Positions 34,657 through 42,283 of a stretch of 42,283 nt of DNA are shown in pieces (the stretch's first letter is position 1; the number at the start of each line of letters is the position of its first letter). A program made the translations under genes and the position numbers. The notes beneath the pieces are model-generated. The model saw only the letters and a list, made by a program, of their open reading frames with translations. It did not search any database and was not told the DNA's origin. Source of the stretch: an uncultured Verrucomicrobiales bacterium (GTDB lineage: Bacteria > Verrucomicrobiota > Verrucomicrobiia > Verrucomicrobiales > DEV007); assembly GCA_938091905.1 (NCBI GenBank), contig CALKOM010000125.1, positions 1-42,283 on the forward strand, written 5' to 3'.

Positions 34657-36384
34657 CTATTCACTCTCATCGAGAAAGGCGGTCTCACAAAGTTTCGCAT
34701 AGGTCCCCCCAAGAGCCAGCAGCTCGTTATGCGTTCCTTCTTCAATCACCCGTCCAAGATCTAACACATAAATACGATCTGCACGGCGCACTGTCGACAG
34801 ACGATGAGCGATCACAATACTCGTCCGACTCGTCATCAATCTCTCAAGTGCTTCCTGAATAATCCGCTCTGTCTCCGTATCCACACTAGCAGTAGCTTCA
34901 TCAAGCAGAAGTATCGGAGGATTCTTCAACAACGCGCGCGCAATAGAAATGCGTTGCTTCTCACCCACGCTCAGTTTCACACCCCGTTCACCCACCACCG
35001 AGTCTAATTGGTCTGGTAAACGCTTCACGAATGGCGTCGCATTGGCGATGCGTAGTGCCTCCCACATCTCCTCGTCAGTGGCCTCTCGATTCGCGATTCG
35101 AAGATTCTCGCGGACGGTATCATTAAAGAGAAAGCTCTCTTGAGTAACGTAGCCGATTTGCTCGCGCAGGGACGTCTTGTTTAGAGAACCCACCGAATGT
35201 CCGTCGATGAGGATCTCGCCGTTGTCATACTCGTAGAAGCGGGTGAGCAAATTGATAATGGTGGACTTGCCGGCCCCGGTCTGCCCCACCAGCGCAATCG
35301 TCTGGCCAGCCTCAGCTCGGATCGAGACGCCCTCAAGCGTCGGCATCTTCTCGGTATAAGAAAAGCCGACGTTCCGGAAGTCAATGTCGCCTCGAACGGC
35401 TTCCAAAACCGCACCATCGTTCATTCCAGGCTCATCCTCGGTATCGAGGATATCAAAAACCCGCTCTCCAGCCGCCCGGCCAGCCTGGATGAGCTGGTTG
35501 AGCGAGTGAAGCCGATTCACCGGATCGTAGAAGAGCTGCAACATCAGCACAAAGGCCGCCAGCGCTCCAGGCTCGATCCGCCCATCAATTGCCGCTTGCC
35601 CTCCAAACGCTAAAACCAAGACCAATCCAGTAGACGCAAGAAAGGTCATTCCTGGATTGTACATCGCCCAAGCACGCATCACAACGAGCGAGGCTTGCCT
35701 AACCTTATCACTCGCCTCATTGAATCTAGCATGTTCCGCTTCCTCCATCGTGTAGGCCTTGATCTGGCGAATGCCAGCGATATTATCATGTAAGAGTGAA
35801 TTCATCGCACTCGTCGCCCTGCGCACGCCTTGATACCTCTTGTGCGCGGTCCGAGTGTAGAGTGAGGCACCTAACACAAGGAAAGGAATGGGAAGAAGTG
35901 ATATGGCCGCCAGCTTGGCATCCATGTAAAACATTACGCTAGCAATAATTCCTATTTGCAGAACGGCAACAAGCCCCTGCTCGATGCCATCAATGAGAAC
36001 GCGTTCCATTGCCGTCACATCCTCAGCCACTCGCGTCATGACGTCCCCGGTAGGCTTGTTGTCAAACCAGGGTAGTCGCAGGCGCTGAATCTTCGAATAG
36101 AGTTCACTTCTCAAATCGAAGATCACCTTCTGCTCGAACGTATTATTGAGAAAGATCCTCGCAGAGTTAAAACCATCTCTCCCTAAGAACGCGAGCAAGG
36201 CCAGCCCAACCATCTGCCAAAGAAGCTCATGGTTCTGCTCCGGAATGACATCATCAATGATGATCCTAGTGACCTGCGGAAAGACAATGACGAGTAGCGT
36301 GCTGATGATCGCGCAAGAGAGCTGGGCGAGCGAAAGCCAAGGATACCGCTTCGTGTAGTTAAAGACTCTTAGAGTCGTGCTCAT
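34657..36384 (-). CDS. ABC exporter, fused permease/ATPase (MsbA/MdlB-like)
   Basis: Multi-TM N-terminal domain; GQTGAGKS, LSVGEKQRISIARA, LDEATASVD, IAHRLST. Confidence 0.95.
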   Translation of the reverse strand: MSTTLRVFNYTKRYPWLSLAQLSCAIISTLLVIVFPQVTRIIIDDVIPEQNHELLWQMVGLALLAFLGRDGFNSARIFLNNTFEQKVIFDLRSELYSKIQRLRLPWFDNKPTGDVMTRVAEDVTAMERVLIDGIEQGLVAVLQIGIIASVMFYMDAKLAAISLLPIPFLVLGASLYTRTAHKRYQGVRRATSAMNSLLHDNIAGIRQIKAYTMEEAEHARFNEASDKVRQASLVVMRAWAMYNPGMTFLASTGLVLVLAFGGQAAIDGRIEPGALAAFVLMLQLFYDPVNRLHSLNQLIQAGRAAGERVFDILDTEDEPGMNDGAVLEAVRGDIDFRNVGFSYTEKMPTLEGVSIRAEAGQTIALVGQTGAGKSTIINLLTRFYEYDNGEILIDGHSVGSLNKTSLREQIGYVTQESFLFNDTVRENLRIANREATDEEMWEALRIANATPFVKRLPDQLDSVVGERGVKLSVGEKQRISIARALLKNPPILLLDEATASVDTETERIIQEALERLMTSRTSIVIAHRLSTVRRADRIYVLDLGRVIEEGTHNELLALGGTYAKLCETAFLDESE

Positions 36385-36447
36385 ATTTATAGGAAATCCT
36401 GGTAGGAATTACCGAAGGAATGTGGTTGGTTTTCCGTCAGACGCCCG

Positions 36448-37149
36448 ATGAGCTTCTCAAAGAAAGGATTGCGCTTACTGTTTGCCAAACATCTGTCGGG
36501 ATGGCGCCGGGCTATGTTTCTCATGGTGGTGTGGTTTCCTCTCGGGATCATAACGTTTGTCATGGCGTGCAATCTCTGGATCATTGGGTCTACGCATAGC
36601 TTCATCGCGAAGGATGTGAAATCTGCAAGAGTGAATGAGGTCGCTCTTGTACTTGGTACCTCCAAGAAGGTCTCCCCAAAGCGAGCAAATCTCCACTTCC
36701 GCAACCGCTTGAAGAAGGCGAGAGAGCTATTCGATGCTGGCAAAGTCCAGCACCTGCTCGTCAGCGGCGACAATGGCTCTCCTTATTACAATGAGCCCCA
36801 AGACATGCGTGATGCCTTGGTCGACATGGGAATCCCCGGGGCTGCCATCACGCGGGACTTTGCGGGGTTCCGTACACTCGACTCGATGGTTCGGGCCCAC
36901 AAGATCTTTCAGTTGGATTCTGTTAGCGTGGTAACCGATGGGTTTCATCTTCCTCGAGCCGTCTTCATCGGTCGCCACTTCGGTTTGGAGGTCACTGGAC
37001 TTGCTTCCGATCCCGTACCCTTGAGACAGTCTTTCAAGACCCGCCTGCGCGAATGCTTGGCAAGGGTAAAAGCCGTCCTCGATGTTCACCTTTTGAAAAC
37101 GTCGCCCAAGTTTGGCGGCAAGCCTGAACCCATCATGGTCAGCCGTTAG
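36448..37149 (+). CDS. sanA: SanA/YdcF (ElyC-like) family protein
   Basis: N-terminal TM; LVLGT, LLVSGDN...YNEP, DFAGFRTLDS, FHLPRA, RECLAR. Confidence 0.88.
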   Translation: MSFSKKGLRLLFAKHLSGWRRAMFLMVVWFPLGIITFVMACNLWIIGSTHSFIAKDVKSARVNEVALVLGTSKKVSPKRANLHFRNRLKKARELFDAGKVQHLLVSGDNGSPYYNEPQDMRDALVDMGIPGAAITRDFAGFRTLDSMVRAHKIFQLDSVSVVTDGFHLPRAVFIGRHFGLEVTGLASDPVPLRQSFKTRLRECLARVKAVLDVHLLKTSPKFGGKPEPIMVSR

Positions 37150-37167
37150 GGCGCCATCGGTTGTTGC

Positions 37168-38070
37168 GTGGCGTCTCCAAGAATCCTGATCCAGGTCCTG
37201 TTCTGCGCCGTGCTATGGGGCGCAGCCTTTCCACTCATCAAGCTCGCCTACACTTCTTGGGAACACGTCAACCTCACACTTTGCCTCTTCTTTGCCGGTG
37301 TTCGATTCACCATTTCTGGAGCTGGGATACTGGCCGTTTGCAAGCGCCCCTGGCATCGTATCAGACAAGCAAACCGAAGACTACTCGTTGGTCTGACACT
37401 AACTCAAACCTGTGTTCAGTATCTCTTCTTTTACCTAGGCATGTCCATCTCGAGTGGCCTGTTAGGAGCCCTACTCGTCAGCTGCGGTAGTTTCTGGTGG
37501 ATTCTGTTAGCACCTCTCTTCTTGAAAACACCTTCGGCTACGGCTCGGGATTGGATGGCGATCGCGCTGGGATCGATAGGTGTCTCCCTAGCCGTCTATG
37601 CGCCTGGAGCAGGTAGCGGCAAGGTCTTGTTAGGTGGCCTTTGCTTTCTTCTCGCCTCTCTCAGTGGTGCCCTCGGCCTGATCATCATGAAGCCACTGAG
37701 TGAAAGTATCGACGCCAAGACGGCCACTGGCGCTTCTCTATTCTTTGGAGGGCTTCTCCTACTTTTCACGGGCATCCCTGCAGCGAGTGCCTTCTCACGT
37801 AGCCTATCAACCGAAATCGTGCTCGTGACACTAGCGCTTGCAGCGATCTCCGCCATTGCCTTCAGCATCTGGAATCGCCTTGCCCACACGTATCCAGTAG
37901 CGCTCCTAGCCGGCTACAGATTCCTGATCCCCCTCTGCGGCACTCTCCAGGCGAGCCTCTTCATTGCAGGCGAAGCTCCAGGCCCTGGACTCATTCTTGG
38001 CGGCAGCCTCATCATCGCAGCGGTCTACATCGTCAGTCGCCCAAAAGAAACCGACCACTTTGAAGAATAA
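37168..38070 (+). CDS. DMT/EamA family transporter
   Basis: About 10 TMs; LWGAAFPLIK, FAGVRF. Confidence 0.9.
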   Translation: MASPRILIQVLFCAVLWGAAFPLIKLAYTSWEHVNLTLCLFFAGVRFTISGAGILAVCKRPWHRIRQANRRLLVGLTLTQTCVQYLFFYLGMSISSGLLGALLVSCGSFWWILLAPLFLKTPSATARDWMAIALGSIGVSLAVYAPGAGSGKVLLGGLCFLLASLSGALGLIIMKPLSESIDAKTATGASLFFGGLLLLFTGIPAASAFSRSLSTEIVLVTLALAAISAIAFSIWNRLAHTYPVALLAGYRFLIPLCGTLQASLFIAGEAPGPGLILGGSLIIAAVYIVSRPKETDHFEE

Positions 38071-38091
38071 GACCGTTTCACCGAGGGTCTA

Positions 38092-38120
38092 TTGACTCAA
38101 AGGCCGCCCGACAGTACCCT
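38092..38120 (+). promoter_or_regulatory. Putative sigma-70 promoter TTGACT-N17-TACCCT
   Basis: Read directly, 31 nt upstream of ATG 38152. Confidence 0.5.
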
Positions 38121-38151
38121 CTAGGATACGAAGGGGTCGTCCCCGCCCAAC

Positions 38152-40401
38152 ATGTCGCACTCCCTTTCCATCGCTGTTTTCCTGCTGCTTCTTGTCACAG
38201 GAGTCCAAGCAGTACACCCGGGAGCCACAGCCACTCAGGAGCTAAGCAAGCAAGCGATCGGCTACAAAACGAGTCCAGACAATTATCACATCCTCTATCG
38301 GAGCACCTCACTTGAGGGTGCTTGGCGTCCAATCCGCATGAAACTTGGAGGCGATGGCCCCGAAGATGTCATGCGAGACACCGTACCCATTAAGCATAGG
38401 GCATTCTATCGCGTGCTCTCTCTGCCGCTCGATGAACCACGGGACACGGACGCCGATGGCCTGACCGATGTCGAAGAACTAGAGCTATCAAAAACACAAC
38501 ACCCACTTAATGCTGCTATCGTCGCTGAATCTCATGGGGCCGCCATCATAACTTCACGCGAACAGTATGAACGCCTTGCTCGGCGAGACAGCGTTCCCGG
38601 TGCTAGCAATATTCGCGAGATGAAATTTCTCATCACGGATATCGATACCAACTCTCCAAAACTGCACCTCATCGACACCACACGGCACCAGTTCCACGTC
38701 TATTTCTATTGGTTTGCGCTAGGTAACCGACATGTCTCCATCTCGACCTTCAACAGTCAGACCTACTTCACCAATACCAACCGAAAGAATCTCGCTGGAA
38801 GCATCCTTGCCCACGACAATTTTACGGGAACCGATGGTCAGGTAGGACTCTACACCATGGAGTTCTGGCCCACAGATCCCGTCGCCTTCCGGTTCGTGGA
38901 AACCGCCTACGAAATGCTCTCGGCCAGCTTGCCCTTCATTGATGGAAACCTCGCCTACCACCCGGCTGGAGAGACTCAGCGCACGGTCTATGCCGACGAG
39001 GTCGACCGCTTTGAGTCCTCGATGATCCGCACCATCTCGACGGAAGAACTCTTCGGCAGCAAGACCTTCGAAGCACTCAACCCTGGCGTGAGTTTCGGAA
39101 GACTCATCGTCGCTGATGGCGTGAACAATTCACTAACGGCTCGAGACATCGTCATCTTTCGTAATCTGCCTAATGACCTCACTCACGTCGCAGGCATTCT
39201 GACAGAAGTACCGCAGACTCCCCTCTCCCATGTGAATCTCAAAGCAAAGCAGAACGACACACCCAATGCCTACCTCAAAGACGCTTCCCGCTTACCCGAA
39301 ATCCAAGAGTTACTCGGGAAATACATCCTCTTCGAGATCACGTCAGATGGATACACGCTGAGAGAAGCCACAGCAGAACAAGTCGAACAGTTCATCGAAA
39401 GCATTCGCCCCAAGGAATCACAGATTCCCGAGCTCGATCTTTCAGCCGAAGCGATCAAACCACTTGGTGAGATCGACTTCAGCCAAAGCCCCCAATTTGG
39501 AGCCAAGGCAGCCAACCTCAGCGAACTTCGCCGGATCTTACCGGCAGACATGACCCCTGAAGGGCAGGCGATCCCCTTCTCCTTCTATCATCGGTTCATG
39601 CTCGCAAATAGCTTCTACGACATTTTAGTACGCATGTTAGCCATTCAAGGATTCGCCCAGGACGCAGATCTCCGAGAGGCCGAATTGGCAAAGTTTAGGA
39701 AGCGCCTCCGTCAAGCCCCCATGCCAAATGACCTCTCTGCGGAAATCGCTCTTCTTCACTCCAGCTTCCCCACCGACACGGCTCTGCGCTGTCGCTCAAG
39801 CACAAATAACGAAGACCTTCCAGGATTCAATGGCGCTGGCCTCTACGATTCCTACACGCACTACCCTCACGAAGGCTCCTTGGAAGAGAGCATCAAACAA
39901 GTCTGGGCAAGCATGTGGAACTATCGTGCCTTTGAAGAACGAGACTTCTACCGTATCAGCCACTTCCATGCTGCCATGGGGGTCATCGTTCATCCAAACT
40001 ACCAAGATGAGATCTGCAACGGTGTCGCCGTCACCCGCAACATCATCGACCCCAATTGGATCGGCTACTATGTGAATGTGCAGGTAGGCGAAGACCTGGT
40101 GACCAATCCTACAGAAGATGCGATCCCTGAAGAGTTTCTTGTCTCTCTCCTCCTAGCCGATCCCGAGATCGGAAACTACGAATACGAGGTGCAGTACGTT
40201 CGCAAATCAAATCGCCGCGTGGATGGCCAGCCCATCCTGGCGCAAGATCAAGTCTTCGACCTCGCCGGACGCATGCGCCTAATCCAGACTCATTTCAAAC
40301 GACTCTACAACGAAGACAACGACTTCGGCATGGAGATAGAATTCAAGATCGACCAATCCGGGCAACTCGTCATCAAGCAGGCGCGCCCTTGGATCGACTA
40401 G
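38152..40401 (+). CDS. Exported PEP-synthase/PPDK-type (PPDK_N ATP-grasp) dikinase-like protein
   Basis: Signal peptide MSHSLSIAVFLLLLVTGVQA; DTDADGLTDVEE; His motif TPLSHVNLKAK; FGAKAANL, RCRSSTNNEDLPGFNGAGLYDS, QVWASMW, IEFK...KQARP. Confidence 0.85.
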   Translation: MSHSLSIAVFLLLLVTGVQAVHPGATATQELSKQAIGYKTSPDNYHILYRSTSLEGAWRPIRMKLGGDGPEDVMRDTVPIKHRAFYRVLSLPLDEPRDTDADGLTDVEELELSKTQHPLNAAIVAESHGAAIITSREQYERLARRDSVPGASNIREMKFLITDIDTNSPKLHLIDTTRHQFHVYFYWFALGNRHVSISTFNSQTYFTNTNRKNLAGSILAHDNFTGTDGQVGLYTMEFWPTDPVAFRFVETAYEMLSASLPFIDGNLAYHPAGETQRTVYADEVDRFESSMIRTISTEELFGSKTFEALNPGVSFGRLIVADGVNNSLTARDIVIFRNLPNDLTHVAGILTEVPQTPLSHVNLKAKQNDTPNAYLKDASRLPEIQELLGKYILFEITSDGYTLREATAEQVEQFIESIRPKESQIPELDLSAEAIKPLGEIDFSQSPQFGAKAANLSELRRILPADMTPEGQAIPFSFYHRFMLANSFYDILVRMLAIQGFAQDADLREAELAKFRKRLRQAPMPNDLSAEIALLHSSFPTDTALRCRSSTNNEDLPGFNGAGLYDSYTHYPHEGSLEESIKQVWASMWNYRAFEERDFYRISHFHAAMGVIVHPNYQDEICNGVAVTRNIIDPNWIGYYVNVQVGEDLVTNPTEDAIPEEFLVSLLLADPEIGNYEYEVQYVRKSNRRVDGQPILAQDQVFDLAGRMRLIQTHFKRLYNEDNDFGMEIEFKIDQSGQLVIKQARPWID

Positions 40402-40569
40402 CAGCACACTGTAAATCCACTTCCTTTGCAAACGTCTCCGTTTGCCCACGTAGAAATCAGGCAAGGAAATAGGAGGCATACGCCCACAGTGTGGGCAGCC
40501 TCAAGAATTGAAGCGGCCAGACCAACCACTCACAACACCCCTCGCTCGTCCGCTTATTCATGCGAAGAC

Positions 40570-41361
40570 CTAAATCTGATGACGTTTTCTCATCCCGAGT
40601 AAGCAGTATCCAAGAATGAGATAGGTTGAAACTGAGGCTTCAGGTATAATGTAAGTGATTGTCAGACTCGGTCTTGTCGCGTCGAGTGGATGGGTTCGAC
40701 TGTTGAAACGACGAGCAGTCAAATGAGTGGACTCATCTCCTACTAAAATCCAACCGAAGTTGCTGCCCGGGGAATCAAGCCATCCTTGGATATCTTGGGA
40801 GAGCTGTGTACTCTGAAACGAGTACACGCCAATACCGGCTACCGTCGTTTGGGCTGTTGGATTCACGAGATAGTCGCCACCAGCCGTGTTCCAAGTCGAC
40901 ATGGTATAGGCATTATGAATCCAAGTCGCATCACCAATCTGCGCATTGGCACCAGCACCTTCTTGCCCAGACGCATCAGAGACGCCCTCACCCCAATCCA
41001 TCGTCAGCCGATGAATAGTAAGTCCTGCTGTGTCGGCTACAGGGTCAATGTTTGTGCTCACATTCGAGGCGAAGACTTGCAGAACTGCCGTGGAGATTAT
41101 GGCCCTAGCAGGCAAGGATCCATGAATATCGAACGCCACCAAACCGCGACGAATGAGTCCCCTTTCAATAAAAGGATTGTCAGTAGTTCCTGGTGGATGA
41201 TTTGATCGTCCCGCAAAGAAATAGTCGCCCGCTCCATTACTCAGTGAGCCACCCGGGTTCTCATAAAGTGTGTTGTCCATGTAGGCAGGCAAGACAATCG
41301 TCGCCCCTGGTGCACCAATAGCCAAGAGCAAGAGTGTACACAAAGTTATGCCCAGGTTCAT
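40570..41361 (-). CDS. DNRLRE-domain surface protein with a PEP-CTERM-like sorting tail
   Basis: Signal peptide; DNTLYE, RRGLVAFD, W-x-x-x-GGDY, NFGWIL, RPSLTITY; tail IPEAS plus a TM and RKR. Confidence 0.8.
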   Translation of the reverse strand: MNLGITLCTLLLLAIGAPGATIVLPAYMDNTLYENPGGSLSNGAGDYFFAGRSNHPPGTTDNPFIERGLIRRGLVAFDIHGSLPARAIISTAVLQVFASNVSTNIDPVADTAGLTIHRLTMDWGEGVSDASGQEGAGANAQIGDATWIHNAYTMSTWNTAGGDYLVNPTAQTTVAGIGVYSFQSTQLSQDIQGWLDSPGSNFGWILVGDESTHLTARRFNSRTHPLDATRPSLTITYIIPEASVSTYLILGYCLLGMRKRHQI

Positions 41362-41364
41362 GCC

Positions 41365-42283
41365 TCAGAGATCGCCCCCCAAAGCCTCGACACGCAACCT
41401 CAAGAATTTTCGTTCTGATACTGACTCAACCGATTGAACCAATCGCATCACGACTGTCTCAGTCCCATCCCCATTATTCACGGGAGCCCCATAGAGCTCC
41501 ATCGTCCCCGTGCTCTGACTCCACGCGCTCCCGACTAAGCCGTCATTTGTCTCAACTATGTAAGTAAACCCTTGCGCCATGTAATTGATACCTAGATTAC
41601 CGCCCTTCTCACCTGGCAAAGCAAGTAATTGGCGATAGCGGATTCCCAAATACTGTTCACCTCCATCTTCGATCATCACTCGTTCTGGAGTCAACTCTTC
41701 GCAGTCATTGCCATTATCGGGATCTCCACCCAAAGCCCACTCCATGAGCAAACTTCGCCTATCGCCATCAGCATCAGAAGATAAATCCCCGATACCTATG
41801 CTGTATGGATCCTGAACCACAATTCCATCCGGCCGCACATATTCGAATGACCAAAGACCAAGCTCCGCGTCATCTGGAATAGAGAAAGCCAATGAAAGCT
41901 CGTCTGGAGATACGATCTGCAGGCTCGCCGCAGAGATGCTCACACCGTTTCGAAATAGACGAGCCGACTGCACACCGTTAGCATCGAGATAGAGACCACT
42001 TCCTATCACTGACAAAACCACGGTCTGACCTTTGTCCATTTCTCGCACGCTAAAAGATGCAATTTGGGGAATTAGATAAACCCAACGGATCGCATCGGCA
42101 ATTGCGGTCCTGTCCGAGGTCGTCCGTTCTACCGACACGCTCCCAGATTCTCCCGCCGCAAACTCATACGATCCTAGCGTGTACCACGTGCCAGGTGCCG
42201 TATTCTGATCGAAGCTCACCATCGTTGTCCCTCCCGTTCCACTGATCGTGTAGCGCGCTGCTGGATCCAAGGCCGACCCGCCT
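41365..42283 (-). CDS. Large surface protein, C-terminal part (golvesin/xanthan-lyase CBM-like domain, Ig/TIG-like domain, DxDGD repeat, C-terminal module); 5' end outside the window
   Basis: The frame stays open to the window edge; WYTLGSYEF...IADAIRW, DADGD...EWALGGDP, YIVET...W...KFLRLRV. Confidence 0.75.
   Translation of the reverse strand, partial: GGSALDPAARYTISGTGGTTMVSFDQNTAPGTWYTLGSYEFAAGESGSVSVERTTSDRTAIADAIRWVYLIPQIASFSVREMDKGQTVVLSVIGSGLYLDANGVQSARLFRNGVSISAASLQIVSPDELSLAFSIPDDAELGLWSFEYVRPDGIVVQDPYSIGIGDLSSDADGDRRSLLMEWALGGDPDNGNDCEELTPERVMIEDGGEQYLGIRYRQLLALPGEKGGNLGINYMAQGFTYIVETNDGLVGSAWSQSTGTMELYGAPVNNGDGTETVVMRLVQSVESVSERKFLRLRVEALGGDL

Noticed and set aside
40402..40569. 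Riboswitch or ncRNA between convergent genes (hairpins 40428-40445 and about 40483-40497, GGCAAAC on the minus strand)
   Set aside because: Lies 3' of both genes and lacks the rest of the c-di-GMP-I consensus; probably terminator-type hairpins.

Overview
A 42.3-kb, gene-dense chromosomal window, almost certainly from a verrucomicrobium. The evidence is a perfect TGTTC-N4-GAACA LexA box upstream of lexA, a PSD1/DUF1501 pair, a PEP-CTERM-like protein and an ARC/Mpa-type proteasome ATPase. About 36 intact or window-truncated CDSs and three pseudogene remnants were found. No rRNA, tRNA, CRISPR array or intact mobile element was seen. Highlights: (1) an exported thioredoxin-fold selenoprotein (in-frame TGA in a W-U-G-A-C motif plus a SECIS-like hairpin) that the ORF track splits in two, directly downstream of an iodotyrosine-deiodinase-like gene; (2) a CxxC/polyproline leader ORF and two hairpins in front of a Met/His-rich outer-membrane channel, a candidate metal-sensing ribosome-stalling attenuator; (3) a signal-peptide-bearing dikinase with glucan-water-dikinase-like domain order; (4) a sigma-54 module with three visible palindromic enhancer sites, a -24/-12 promoter, an exported helical protein, a beta-barrel and a kinase; (5) a ferritin-like DUF455/ATP-grasp fusion; (6) a ZnuA-type binding protein paired with an FtsX/MacB-type permease; (7) five operon-leading genes with a -10 box exactly 6 nt before the start codon, suggesting leaderless mRNAs; (8) a head-to-head scar fusing two pseudogenes. 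All family assignments come from motif recognition by eye, not from database searches.
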